DNA of 64,000 bases from Tubiluchus corallicola (Eukaryota > Animalia > Priapulida): the NCBI GenBank assembly GCA_030141605.1, contig JAQGDQ010000408.1, positions 1 through 64,000 of the forward strand, written 5' to 3'. The position numbers were made by a program, and so were the translations under genes. This document shows, piece after piece, positions 13,126 through 27,758 of the stretch; position 1 is the first letter of the stretch; the number at the start of each line of letters is the position of its first letter. Below the pieces are notes generated by a model that made no database searches, was not told where the DNA came from, and saw only the letters and a program-made list of their open reading frames with translations.

Positions 13126-13605
13126 AGGAAAGGTCAAGCCTTCTAGGAGGTTACTCTTATTTCAACGTTTGCAAAAAAATGTTAGAAGTATTTAGTAATA
13201 AAACTGCAATAAGTGATTCGTGTAACTAGTAAAATCACTTTAATGTCACGATCATTTCATGCTTGGCTCCCATTTTCAATGTGCATTCTTCTTCCAATGA
13301 AGAAAAGTAGAGCACTGTCATTCTTCGTGGAAAGTGCAGTAAGTTTTTACAAAAAAATCAGATAGCTAATTTTGAGATATGTTTGCGTGAACATTAGGTA
13401 AAGTGCAGAAGTTTGAATTAGTTTACGCAGCGTAATGCAAAGATGCGCTTACAAAAAGCCATGATGCGCTTACGAAAAGTCACGAAGTCCGCCAATTATG
13501 TCATGATTTTTGAGTGAATGGCGGCCATCACTTCTACTCATGAAATTTCTCTTCAGAGGTAGTACATTTGAAATTTACGCTTTATAGGCAGTTCTTTGCA
13601 AATTT
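13126..13605 (+). mobile_element. Kolobok-like family B copy
   Basis: TTAA|AGGAAAGGTCAAG terminus; homologous to 37-556. Confidence 0.75.
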
Positions 13606-14142
13606 CTTTTTTATATTATTCTAGATTTAAATGATAACAATAAAATAAACCCAATATACTGAGTGATGTTTTCTTTCTTTAATTCAAAGGCCTGAATTCA
13701 GCCCACTGTAGTCCACAGCTGATTACTTATTGGTTCTGATTAGCTTGTTATGGAAAATGTTGGTTACATTAATATTATAAACGCATAATATTGATGAATG
13801 ATTGAAAAAATAAAAATTATATGGATTCTGGAAATCTGACTTCATCTAATTTTACTAGGGAGGTAACCGAATCTAAAATTACTGAATTTTATTCTAAATC
13901 GAAACTCGTTTTATGATAATTTTCAAATCCGAATCTCAGTTTAAAATTTTTTTGGAAACCGAATCGAATTCGAATTGCTAAGCCACACTGTGCGCAGCAT
14001 TCATTGAAACTACCAGTTAAAATCGTAATGTGTGGCACACTTTTGCATGGGATTTCACGAATTGGACTGTTTGACACTTGCTGAAACTAAATATTGTGAC
14101 ATTTCATGTAAGACAAAATTATCAAAAAAGGCAGCAATTTAA

Positions 14143-14759
14143 AGCAAACCCAGACCCAATCTTAAACTGTAAGTCAAAACAATCTACTCTTTAAAATATA
14201 GAAACGTTACATACTATTTTTTCAAAAATGACTTATGTGAAAGAATTATCACCACACAAACACAATTTCACGTTCGCGCCACTAGTTCTTCGCTGTTACA
14301 TGCATTTCGCCATTCACTAGTTAGACTGGCACTAGCGCCTGCATTTCGGAAATGCGTTGCACTAAAACAGGTGCTGTGGTTCTCAGTTCAGATGTGTCAG
14401 TTTCTGACGAACTACATACATCCGACAGCTCATGCGTGAGCACAGCGGTAAATTTGAAATTTGAATTTTATTTTGAAACTTGCGTAGTAATAGTACAACA
14501 CATCGAATATCTTATAGTAACACTGTACTTCAATTTTTGCTTTTGCAAACACGTGCAACACGCTCGTGGAATATTTTTGCTGTCGAAAATTATGTTAGTT
14601 TGTGATGTCATAAATAGTTTGGCTTTCCCGCTGAAAATTAAGGTTTTAGTCTATAATCTAATTATCAGAAACGCTTTTGCAGTATTAATCGTGTTAGAAT
14701 GTATACTTTTTATCGGACTTGAAAATGGAGTAGTATATGAAAAATCATCCTGTCTTCCT
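14143..14759 (-). mobile_element. Kolobok-like family A, full copy
   Basis: TTAA|AGCAAAC...CCTGTCTTCCT|TTAA; reverse complement of 4407-5004. Confidence 0.8.
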
Positions 14760-15111
14760 TTAAGCTTTATTTGTGAAGAGTTAACTTGCACCTTAATGTG
14801 AACTTTGACTTAACAGTAGCATACCATTCAGATTCTTAGAATGTTACAAAATCTTAAATGGTGGTGAGTTTAAATTTGTTAATATATTTTTTAAAAACTA
14901 AATATTTAAGTGAACATATTCTTGAAATGGGTTATAGCAATGCACACTTTAGTTTGGATGTATTGGGTTCATAAAATTAGCAAGCTTTTGAATTCAAGCT
15001 GAAGTCGTGCATAATTAACTCTGCATAACTCTTTTTTGATAAAAGATAATTTCTTTATGAACCAAGCATTTTAAGTACCAAAAGTTTCTGATCAGAAATA
15101 TACTTCCTTAA

Positions 15112-15667
15112 AGGAAAGGTCAAGGCACTCAGTATGTTGGGTTTGTTTTACAGTTACCACGAACTTAAAAAATATAACAAAGAAATGTGCAAAAAACTTT
15201 GTATAAAGCATAAATGTAAAATATACTACTTCTGAATAAAATTTTTCAGGCATTGTGGTAACCACCCATTCGTTTGAAAATTATGTCGTAACCGGAAGGC
15301 TTTGTGAGTTTTCGTAATCGCACCGTTGCTTTCCATGAGCGCGTGCTGCTTAAACTAATTCAAATTTCTGCATCTTACCTAATATTCAGGAAAAATGTTG
15401 CAAAATCAGCTATTTGATGTTTTTGTAAAGCCTTATTATACTTTTGGCGACGATTGACATTGCGCTACTGTTCTTCAAGACGAATGACGTCACTGAAAGA
15501 AGAATGGGCTTTGAAAATGGGAGCGGCCAAGCATGAAGTGATCGCGATTTGAAAGTGATTTTACTAATTACACGAATCATTTATTGCAGTTATATTAATA
15601 AATCCTTCGAACAGTTTTTTGAGAACATTGAAATGAGCTTAACTTCCCAGAAGACTTGTCTTTTCCT
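15112..15667 (-). mobile_element. Kolobok-like family B, full copy
   Basis: TTAA on both sides; imperfect TIR AGGAAAGGTCAAG / CTTGTCTTTTCCT. Confidence 0.8.
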
Positions 15668-16040
15668 TTAAATACTTTGTCCATATCACTTATCTTCAAA
15701 AAGTCATTTCGCAATGCGTTCTCATTTGGAATAAATTAACAGGAACGCTGTTTATTATAACATTACACAGTTTTTCGTGTCCATATTTTATCAGTCTAGC
15801 TTGCGTTGACATGTTGAACGTGAATTATTGAACATAGTAAACATTGAACGTTGATTTGTGAACTTTAGAGCATAAGCTAATTGCACTGCGCATGCGCTCA
15901 AACCCTGTTCTTCTCCAACGTTATGTGATTTGCTGGAAATATTCATACGATGTGGAACATGGGGTCATTAATTATTCAGAGTCAGTCTCACGCATTAAGT
16001 AAACCAATCTGCCTTTCAGATATACTCTTGAGACTTTTGT

Positions 16041-16889
16041 TGTGGAGGAAAATAGGATAATGCTGTAGAATGTAGTGGAGGAAGATGGTGGTAATGCTGT
16101 AGAATGTAGTGGAGGAAAATGGGGTAATGCTGTAGACCGTAGTGGAGGAAAATGGGGTAATGCTGTAGACTGTAGTGGAGGAAAATGGGGTAATGCTGTA
16201 GACCATAGTGGAGGAAAATGGGGTCATGCTGTAGACTGTAGTGGAGGAAAATGGGGTAATGCTGTAGACTGCAGTGGAGGAAAATGGGGTAATGCTGTAG
16301 ACTGCAGTGGAGGAAAATGGGGTAATGCTGTAGACTGCAGTAGAGGAAAATGGGGTAATGCTGTAGACTGTAGTGGAGGAAAATGGGGTAATGCTGTAGA
16401 CTGCAGTGGAGGAAAATGGGGTAATGCTGTAGACTGTAGTGGAGGAAAATGGGGTAATGCTGTAGACTGCAGTGGAGGAAAATGGGGTAATGCTGTAAAC
16501 TGTAGTGGAGGAAAATGGGATAATACTGTAGACTGTAGTGGAGGAAAATGGGGTAATGCTGTAGACCGCAGTTGAGGAAAATGGGGTAATGCTGTAGACT
16601 GCAGTGGAGGAAAATGGGGTAATGCTTTAGACTGCAGTGGACGAAAATGGAGTAATACTGTAGACTGCAGTGGAGGAAATGGGGTGATGCTGTAGACTGT
16701 AGTGGTGGAAAATGGGGTAATGCTGTAGACTGCAGTGAAGGAAAATGGGGTAATACTTTAGACTGCAGTGGAAGAAAATGGGGTAATGCTGTAGACTGCA
16801 GTGGAAGAAAATGGGGTAATGCTGTAGACTGCAGTAGAGGAAAATGGGGTGATGCTGTAGACTGCAGTGGAGGAAAATGGGGTAATGCT
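16041..16889. repeat. 33-bp minisatellite, about 25 copies
   Basis: GTGGAGGAAAATGGGGTAATGCTGTAGACTG(C/T)A units, head to tail. Confidence 0.97.
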
Positions 16890-17661
16890 TAGTATAATCA
16901 AACGTGTAATTAGTTTGTATGAAATATACACAGTACTTTTTAACTTAGCCTGCAGTTTTAGTTTTCTATCTTTCTTTGTAAGTAAAGTATCTGTAAAATT
17001 ACTAGTATATTTTCGTAGTGGAAATTGGAGAAGTGTTGAGTTTCGTTCCAGTTCTGTTCTAATATTGAACTAAAGTTTACATTTAAAATTATATGTTGAT
17101 TTAATTCTAATATTGTTGTCAAACTGTAATTAACATTGTTGTCAATTTTGTCCGCAATATTATGTACAGTAAACCGGGTATAGACAGAGAATGTCGTAGT
17201 AACTGATTATCCCAAAATTATTCAAATTTGAATTAATTAATTTGTGTACATGTGCTGCTACTTCCTGTCCATTTACGCCCAACCTTAGCATTTTTGTTCA
17301 TTAAATTGTTGATGTATGGAAGGCTAAAACTCATGCTTACTAATTTTATTAAACTCTTAACACGATGAAACTTGTACAGTGAACAGAGTAATTTCACTTT
17401 TTGCATGTTTTATGTGGCACCGGGGGAGGTTGCTTGTAATTAAACCCGCCGTATGTGAATTGACTTGAACGCGGTATATCTGATATTTACTTCTCTCGAA
17501 CGACCACAGACAGTAGGCTAATCTGCCTCTCTCTCTGCAAACCACTGTATTGATTTCAAGAGGAAAACTTTAGACTCAGTCAGGAAACCGTAGCAATCGC
17601 AAGTGAATTTCAAAGTGTAAATATTTCCACTGTATGCTGTACTCCTATCGGCGGATGTTTC

Positions 17662-17663
<2 letters not shown>

Positions 17664-17718
<55 letters not shown>
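17664..17718. repeat. (TG)n microsatellite
   Basis: Direct observation. Confidence 0.95.
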
Positions 17719-17719
<1 letters not shown>

Positions 17720-18924
17720 ATCAGTTGAGAATGAAAGGGTTGGCGTACTGCTGTTGTATCTTTGTCGTAGGTCATCTTGAGTTAATGGCACACTATCAAC
17801 TTTTGTGTCAACAACTGTGAATGTGTCGACAAATGGATGGCCCGGTTATATCGTCACTTAAAAAAGTCATAATTTTGTCTAGCGTTAGGGTTTTAGTTAC
17901 GGTTAGGATCAAGGTTAATTCCTTTTTCTTATAGATGCCTTTTGGAAGAAATTTACAACTCCTCGCACTATTCAAATATCCTAACCCCAACACTAACCCT
18001 AATCCGCATCACGAACTAATTTCTTGCGTGTGGGGAATTTTAAACTTTATCCCGTTTTTCTGTGACGTTTTTACCTGTGACTTTTCCCCCTGGATTTGAC
18101 AAATGTCATGTATCGGTTTCCTAGTTTAAACAAATACAAAATCGGTGCATTAGTTAGCATGGAGCTGTAAACTGCCCCCCCCCCCCCCCGGGACAAGATC
18201 GTTTGTTCTGATGTAAAGTGTTCAGCTTGCGGGTGTACGATGGCTATGGAGAATTCCGTACAGCAGCAGCCCTGGAGACAAACTAGGTGCATGCATGCTT
18301 ACGGTCTTCAAACACCCGAGCAACTTTTTCGCCTTATTATCTACACCTGTGTTGGTAAGCTTTCTATTTAACTACAGCACAAATTTTTTTGTGTGTTTTT
18401 GTAACATAGCTGTTATCGTGGAGTTTAAGTGCCGTAAGTTATGTCCTGGAAAATTATCAGCAAAGAAATAAAACCGCCGTTAGGGTTAACAACTTCCCTT
18501 TTATCTTAAGCGCATTCCTGATTTTCTTCTTAAGATGTTCTGAATTCCTTAGACGGGTTTTTAAGAACGCGACAAATTATCATTGCAAAATCGATACAGG
18601 GTTTAATTGGTATGTGATGTGATTCTGCATGCCCAAAGAGTTTCGTGCGCGCGCGTGTGTACTTGTTTCAATCAATGAACAGAGGTCGACGCAAGAAGAT
18701 GCACGGCGAATTGGAAATTAATGGATTCAAAAATGTTGCTTCGCGTCGATTTTTTGCGTAACTGAATACCCAGTCGGAAATTCGACGAATCGACACTGAT
18801 TTTTCTTCTCATTTGGGGGAGTACAAGTTAACCTTTGCTTCACAACGGTTTGCTAAAAGCAGTAAAATAAAAAGTCATTATTATGTAAAGATGTAAAAGT
18901 GTTTGAAAAATTTAAATGCACGTA

Positions 18925-19312
<388 letters not shown>

Positions 19313-20082
19313 GGAGGGACACGGAGAGATAATAATAATAATAGTAATAAATACTTTATTTCACAAACGTAATTATTAACAAATAAGTTATAATTAACAA
19401 ATCACACACTTATATGAACAAATATACATCTAATCGGTAGGGATGGATATTTATCGGATAGGATATTTCATTTCATTTGAAGGAGTCGAGTTTTTCTTCA
19501 ATTCTGTTCAGAGTTCAAACTGAAGTTTAAATTTAAAATTGGTTTATAGCGAATATGATTGTCAAATTGCCATTAAACAATACAATTCTGTCTGTAATAG
19601 TATGCACAGTAAATGCAGTAAACCTAGATAGAGTATACGTAGTGTTTTCTCAGTTCGTCAAAATCGGTCGGATTCGGTTGTTGACGGGAGAGGTCGGCTA
19701 TAGTTCACGCATTGAATTCATGTGCAATTTAGTATGTTGCCTTAATAATTCGCTCATTCAAACTTAACTGGTTTTATTTTTGCGTTTCGATTAACTTGCT
19801 GATAATGTTGTACGTTCGCCGTTTCAACCGAAGTAGAGAGTTTCACCTTCCAAATCCAGTCGAACGCTCACTCTGTAATGCTTGCGCCCCCCCCCCCGTC
19901 TATTTGGATTCTGTGGAAGTCTGTCGGTTTGGGACTGCTGACGGGAGGTGTAGTACTTCGGATTAATTTGTATAAAACAGGACAAAAGGTCACTGTGTTC
20001 TTACATCATTGTATAATTCAAAGGTCACGGCGTACCTTTTCTAATGTTCGATGAAAAGCATTTCCGTATACAGATTCTTTAT

Positions 20083-20355
20083 GATCGGTGATGTAGCCGA
20101 GTGGTAGCGTGCTCGACTCCCGTCCCGTAGGTCGCGAGTTCACCTCTCGATCGAGTCTCGCCAAAGACTTAAAAAATGATACCGCTTTTACCTAGTTCAT
20201 CGAAGTAATAAGCGGGTAATATAAGTGTTGGGTTACTTAAGGTGTTATCCCTGGACTATGTCCTAAACGAAATCATTATGACCATTTCAGTCTAAAGTCA
20301 GTTAAATGTGACGTCACTTCCAGCTTCTTTTCTACTTGTACCCTTAGACCTTAGT
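20083..20355 (+). mobile_element. tRNA-derived SINE with Meta-like central domain
   Basis: A box TAGCCGAGTGG and B box GAGTTCAC, followed by CCAAAGACTTAAAAAATGATAC. Confidence 0.6.
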
Positions 20356-22184
20356 CCTTCCTGCGCATTGATGCACATTGGGCAGACAGCATTTTTTAAA
20401 AATTTTGGGCAGACATATTTCTACTTATGTAAGTAAGGAAATATATATATATATATATATGTCAGTCGTGTCTACAGGTTTCTATACTACACGGTTCGAT
20501 TGTAGTTGGTATGTCCTCCCAGACGGGAAAGCCTATTATGCAAAATTTTGTTGTTCTTAAACAAAGCAAGCAGTTTCGGTTTTAGGTGTGAAATGCAATG
20601 TATTGCAATTATAACGCAGACTATTTAGTAATTTGAAGGTGTGGCACAGAGCCCACTGTCCCATTGATACTTGTGACTCATTTGGGCTGCGCAAAAATGC
20701 GTGGGCGGCGGCGCTAAAACTGAACCGGATGCGGAAGTATGAATGAACTTTCACTCAGTCACATTAGATATTTAAAATAGAAATTGTGAGAGAATAGCTG
20801 TGAGCACACTTATTTCAGTCCAACCATTAATATTTAATTTATCAGTATCAGCTACATGCCTGTACATTGCCACAGACTACCGCTACTTGGCGCTCGCGTC
20901 GCTAAAGGCGCATGGCAGCCTGGCAGGTGCAGCTACTTGTACGAATATTATAATGATTAGCAAAAGCGATAAGTACAATAAGTACTGAACACTTATTTAC
21001 TATTTACTGTACCTTTAGGCTAAACTCCTCGCCGAAATCGTTATCCAAACATCTCTTTGTCTGACGCTTAACTAGTTCTAAGCTTGCAGAATGCTGTACG
21101 CGATGCGCCAGCGAGATTTAAACGAATTCTTTTCAGAGACGTTTAACATTTTTTATGCGCGATAACTGATTCAAAGAAGACTGTATACCATTCATTAATA
21201 AACTATATAGTGGTAGTGGTAGTGGTAGTAGCAGTCGTAGTGATTGTGGTAGTGGTGGTAGTAGTGATAGTGATAGCGGTAGCAGTAGCAGTAGTTATAG
21301 TTGACACTAAAATGTGATCATTACAAAGCTCAAGAACCCCTCTTAATAAATTGTTTTTATCTGCAAATACTCAATGTAGCCATATTAACGAGTGTTGCGT
21401 AAATTGTGAAATTTTATCTATGTCCAGCAAAGTTAATCAGGCACAACAATGAAAGTTGTAATTGCACTATTTGCAGTCTCATATTGTTGTGTTCTCCTTA
21501 CCGAAACTTGCTGTAAACTTAAGATAATATTGGCTCGTCGATGTCTCATTACTGTACTGATGTGTACTGATTGCAACTGGTACTACTGGTATGTTGTTGA
21601 CCGTGTTCCCTTTCTAACCCGGTCCAGATGTAGACGGAGGCCCATCCATCAATTTAACTGGGGAGACCAGTTCATTTCCAGGCTCTGAGGATCAGTAATT
21701 GTATATCTTCAGAGCATATTCTGCAATGTATACGTTTTGGTTGAACTTGAGAACTGAAATTGTGCTATGAAGAGGAAATGTTAGGTTAGGTTTTGTTGTA
21801 CAATTTAGATTAATCAGTGTTGCTAGTTTCGTATATTTTTTAATTTCTTTATTTTTTCACCAATTTTTTTAATTTATTTAACATTTTTATTTTTGGCCTG
21901 TTTTACTATTTTTATTTTTAATTTAATTTTCCAATTTCTCGTGTTTAATGACAATAATGTGACCGGATGAAGTGATGACATCAGTTTACTCAGTCCTGAC
22001 ACCATTTCACGCTTTTAGTTGAGGGGGTTTGCTTCAAATCGGCCAAGCGCGGCGCCGTATCATCACTTACGTACTTATTGCGCATATACATGCACTGCAC
22101 GAGGTGATAAATTGCATAAATAAATAAACACTGTCGATTCAGTAGACCATCATCTCCCGCCATTACTACAGAACTAATTAAATC

Positions 22185-22186
<2 letters not shown>

Positions 22187-22233
<47 letters not shown>

Positions 22234-22236
22234 GCA

Positions 22237-22298
<62 letters not shown>

Positions 22299-22425
22299 CC
22301 TCCCTCCCTCCCTCCCTCCCTCTCTCGTTTCTCTCTGTTGTAATTTGCTAGGCTAACGCACTCAAACAATAATTACTGGTACAGCATGCGAATTCGATGA
22401 TTCACATGTAAGTTGTCGGACAATT
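22187..22425. repeat. (CT)n microsatellite with conserved unique flank, copy 1
   Basis: The CT tract plus ~100-bp flank (GTTGTAATTTGCTAGGCTAACGCACTC...) recurs at 24453-24900. Confidence 0.85.
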
Positions 22426-24450
22426 TCACAACAAAGCTAAAATAAAATTGATAATCCCAAAAGCACAAGAAAACCCTCAACTTACATCAAGCTTAAAAAA
22501 TTCATTTTGAAATTTTATATCACCTACATACTGCCTTTTTGCATGCAGGACTTACGTTGGCAGTAACACGCTGTTTACTCAAATTAATAATTATCGATCT
22601 TGCGTAGCTATAGACTAATTGTCAATTATGAACGGTTTGCCTAGGCTGAGGAGATTTTACACAGATTTTTAGTGCAGTAAAACTTAGTAATATTATTCTC
22701 TTCTAAAGAACTTCGTGCCAATTTCTAAAATTTTAATTTTGCAAAAAAGGACTCGTCCCCTCAGATGGGTCATACCACAAGCTTCTTGGAGCTCGCTACT
22801 CCATGCAGCATTTTTATGGTATACTGTACAGCCATATAACTAATCATACAATATCTACCATCTATCGGCTATCGTACTTAGTATTGTGCGTACTCTACAG
22901 TTCCATCCGATGGAGGTGTCTACCAAGAGCCCTGTGATATGACCAGTTACTCTATCGGAGATGCCATCCCCACTTATTACAAAAACGAAAACTTATTTAT
23001 ATATAAACTTACTTTCCTCAAACAGTTTGTGGTACGTTGGAGTTGTTTATCATTGTTTTCTACGTGCATTTGAATCTTTATACACGTGGCGACATCTCTT
23101 GGATACGATATACATATAAACTCACAGTTCTCGAACTGTTTGTGGTGCATAACAATTGCTTAGTATTGGTTGCTATGTATTTTGAAATTTTATTCGTGTG
23201 GCGACATCTCTGAGTTGAAGTTCTATTTGTGCGCACATTGGTAAGGCTTTCTGCTAACTGATGACGTCATGTGTTTTGGTAGCGCAACGAGTAAGGTCTT
23301 GGTCTGCAGATCACATGGTTACGAGTTCAAATCTCGTAAAAATTGCATTTTAAAAATTCATTAACTGTTAGTGAAACTTTGTTTTCTATAATACCAGTCA
23401 TGTTAATTGTGTCCTCAGTCGATTGAAATAAATAAATAAAAACAAATTCAAAATAAATCAATCGAATAAACCTGTAATTACAGTCTGGTATTTACTGACA
23501 TTTAATTATTAAAACACCAACGTGGTTTATTACGTGCAGAGAGCCAATTGTATTATTAAGAGGTTCAAAAACTGTTGATGTGAAGGAGAAGACTTTTTCT
23601 ACGATTTTGTTCACAATTCTATTGCAATAGTCTCTGGTTTAATCACGATAAAGGAAACATTGAATGCTTATTACTTATAATAATGCCATTAGAGGACTCT
23701 CTAATCTTCCTAGTCGCTGTATGTTAGCTACAACGTACCAAGTTTTTCATACATACGTAGGAAAGCTGCTTTTACTCTCAGAAGTCGGCTACTGTTATTA
23801 ATAACTTGCTGTACAATACTGATGCAATGTTAAGGTCGAATATTTTTAAGTCGTTGCAAAGAATTTTATTTACTCATTCTAACTATCCCTTCCTTGCAAA
23901 TAAGCTCACTATGTTTCTGTAAAGTGTAAACTAACTCTGTGTTTTTACTTGTGGCTTATTTTTATTGTTCTGTGGACTGCAAATGTCTGAAATAAAATAA
24001 ATAATAATAATAATAATAATAATAATAGTAATAATAATAATTATTGCTGCAACCCAGTTTCGTCTGTGTCCTGGGTTATTCAGCCCGTTCAAAGATTCAC
24101 ATTTGAATCTACTTCCGATGCAACGCCTTACGCTAGAAAATTATTCTTGTGATACTTGGGAATATTGGAAGAGTCAGATATTGAGGATGAGCAACATTTT
24201 TTAATGAACTGCGACAAAATGTAAAATTGACAGAAGGACAGAAATCTCAAGCATATGTCTCGGTTTTACTAATATGAACATTGTTGACAAATATTTTGTT
24301 TTTGCAGGGAGTAAAGAACTAGAAACATTTGCAACTGTTTGTAACCCAAATGTTTTATAAATAGGAGGAAGCCATAGAATTTTTTACTTATAAAATTGGA
24401 TCGTTAACTGAGTTATCAATTTTTGTGTGTTGAATGTTTATGACATACAT

Positions 24451-24900
<450 letters not shown>

Positions 24901-25171
24901 ATCCTCGCATGCCCGCGGAGCCGACCGACACCACTGCCGGCCACGTGCGTTCGTTTGTCAACCACCCACCAAATATAACCGTCTGATTCACGCTGTGCTA
25001 ATAGATGAAGCCATTGAATTAATTCCAATGCAAGTTGCACAATAATGTTGAATGAATGCTGAGCGTGTTCGTCTGTTCGTGTAGCTCCATGAAATGCTTT
25101 TAGTGTTTAATGCTAGTCCGCCTGCGTCCTTGAGGGAATGCTAATAGTTCTGCAGTCTGTCATGGCTCCAT

Positions 25172-25634
25172 CGGGGTTCCCACGGTCAGGGAAAAATCCT
25201 GGAAAATCCTTGAAAATGCAGGTTTCCTGGAAAATCATGGAAAAATCAAGGAAAAGATCATTTGACAGAAAGTCAGGGAAAATGATGAGAATGGGGCGAA
25301 AAGTCAGGGAAATTGGAAAGGGTTGCAAAAACAATCACCGTGAACCGATATTTTTCCAAACATATTTTTCAGCGATTCGTGTTCAGATAAAATTTTGCTA
25401 TGGCAGGCTTCCACTTTCAATTTCTGTTCTAAAAGTAATGATTGGATTAAGAAAGTTTATTTAATTAATGTGATTAGTGTAATTTTATTAGCACTACTGC
25501 ATCTGTGCCGACACATTATATATCAGTGTATGTATACTTGTAATGCAATTTCTGCTTATTTTGCTCATGGAAAATCAATATTTGGTCAAGGAAAAGTCAG
25601 CAAAAATTAATTTTAAAATTCTGTGGAAACTCTG
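25172..25634. mobile_element. MITE with C(A/G)GGGTTCCCAC termini
   Basis: TIR CGGGGTTCCCAC / GTGGAAACTCTG, flanked by CTCCAT on both sides. Confidence 0.75.
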
Positions 25635-25844
25635 CTCCATGGTTGCAAGACAGACTTGACAAAGTCTATGGACGAAGACATATTGCTGTCTGTTATCCAT
25701 AGACTTGATGTGTAATGTGTGTATATAGTTTCTTGTCTGGCTAATATTCGGGAATGTTAAATGGATTTAATGTACTAAATTCAGGGTTGACGGTTTTTTA
25801 ACGCAGGTCTGGGGGCTATTCTCTAAACACCCGAAAAGTTTATA

Positions 25845-26100
25845 CCTGAACTGGGACTTGAACTCAAGACCTTCTGCTTTCCTAGCAACTATGCTAACCA
25901 TTAACACCACAGAGGCACTCGGGTTTTTAGACTCAGTAATTTACTCTATAGACCATTAGAGGGAAGCACAGTCCATACGGCATCAAGACGGGGCGAGAAT
26001 TCTGTAAACGCACGAAAGCAGTGCCAAATTAGAATATCCTAAAAATTTCTTCATTCTACTAGGACTCGAACTCAAGACCTTCTACTTTCCCGGCAGCTGT
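25845..26100 (-). mobile_element. Two tRNA-derived SINE-like heads
   Basis: Minus strand TGGTGTTAATGGTTAGC...GAGTTCAAGTCCC (A and B boxes); a partial second head at 26058-26100. Confidence 0.55.
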
Positions 26101-26476
26101 TACAATTTTTTTCGGAAGTTCTAGTACTTCCCTGTGCCTTATTCGATATTTTTCGGAACGTGGATACAAGGTCTCTGTCTATTTGCCTTTCCCGTAATCG
26201 ATTATTTCCGGCAAGAATTCCGGTTGTACTTGTAAGGGTATGATGTGAGGCAAGTTGACATTGCGCCGATTGACGGATTCATGCAACAATAGCGCGCTCA
26301 TTTGTCTACGTAATTGCATTCCTAAGCAATGGCTTCTTCACGCCTTCTGGCTCAGAAACGTTTTAGTAGAGATGTCTCTAAATGCACAGTGGATGAAATC
26401 AGTTTGTTGTACTGCGTCGCGAACATTTGTTGTTTGCCGCCATTTTGTTTAAATTCAGTTGCACTAATACACTAAA

Positions 26477-26824
26477 TCCAGGTAAAAAAGGGTACAGGAA
26501 AAAGTCACAGGTTTAAAGGTCACAGGAAAACGTCACGGGTAAAAAGTTCACAGCCAAAAAAATCACGGAGAGTCACAGGTAAAAAAGCCACAGAAAACAG
26601 TCACAGGAAAACGTCACGGGTAAAAAGTTCACAGGCAAAAAAATCACGGAGAGTCACAGGTAAAAAAGCCACAGGAAAAAAGTCACAGGTGAAATCGTTA
26701 CAGGTAAAAAAGGCACTTGTGGGGAAAAAGAAGTAACCCTAACCCTAGACAAAATTAATTGTGACTTTTCCTAGTCAGAATTGTGGCTTCTTTCCGTCAC
26801 GTTTTTCCTGTGACTTTATTACCT
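26477..26824. mobile_element. AAAGTCACAGG/TTAGGG inverted-repeat element with medium array
   Basis: Same units, TAACCCTAACCCTA motif and CCTGTGACTTTATTACC end as 643-1432. Confidence 0.7.
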
Positions 26825-27758
26825 CTTGCCCACATTATAACGTGTCTGCCGTCGTATCATAAACTTATTAAAATTGATTACCTTACAAGCTGTACTAGTT
26901 GACCTGGGGGGATGAGAACCGACGTAGTAAGTTGAAAACAGCATATTAAAAGTGTTGAAAGAATGGTCATATTTTATTCATGAAATTACTCAGTAATGTC
27001 GAGACAAGACTTAAGTTCGTTGCCACCAATGACACGTATTCGGCATGTAAATATGTCCTGCGAAAAAACAGACTTCCAACTGTTTATAGTATAGATATAA
27101 CATGTTTTTTCTAGGACAAGAAAAGGGGTACCTGAAGTAGGTTTCAGAAAAATCGCCTTAAAAAATTATATTACTTTATAGCAATTTTATGCATATATCA
27201 TACTCGTGTTGATAGGAATTTTTGCTTGTTCCGACGGCGCCATTACATGACGTCACTACGCAAACGTAAATTAGGGGAAGAAAAGGCAATGTTAAATTAT
27301 GCCCCAAAAACTTTTCATGCAAATCTATGTTACTTATCTAGATTATCTGCTGGAAAGACTTATGTAGCTAAAAATAATAATTTAAAATATATGTGCCAAT
27401 TGGTAAAATGTCGCTGACTCACCATCCAGCGTGCACCACTCTCTAACCAGAAAACGTATTTTTAATCTTATTGACAAGATACAGTAATTTTAAATTTTAT
27501 TTAGTTAGTGGCTTGTGCGCTACGAATGCTCTGATTATTTTTCAAATTTCACGCAATGTTATCTAAACTTGTTTCAAATGACCTGTCGTGAAAATGGCTG
27601 CGTCTAACGATCATCGGGGAAGTTTAAATTTACATGTTTTATACGGCGTGACTGCCGATTGAAGTCCTGCATGCAAAAAGAAAATTATGTAAGCGATATA
27701 AAATTTCAAAACGAAGTTTTTAAGCTTTGTGTTTATGAAGGGTTTTCTTGTGCTTTAA

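Noticed and set aside
16075-16575. 166-aa repetitive ORF (SGGKWGNAVDC)n
   Set aside because: By-product of a 33-bp minisatellite: no ATG start or splice context, and stops and indels appear in later units.
23275-23340. tRNA-Cys-like sequence (CTGCAGA loop, GAGTTCAAATCTC), and the tRNA-like heads at 20083, 25845 and 28490
   Set aside because: No complete acceptor stem or cloverleaf; these are SINE or TE-derived heads rather than tRNA genes.
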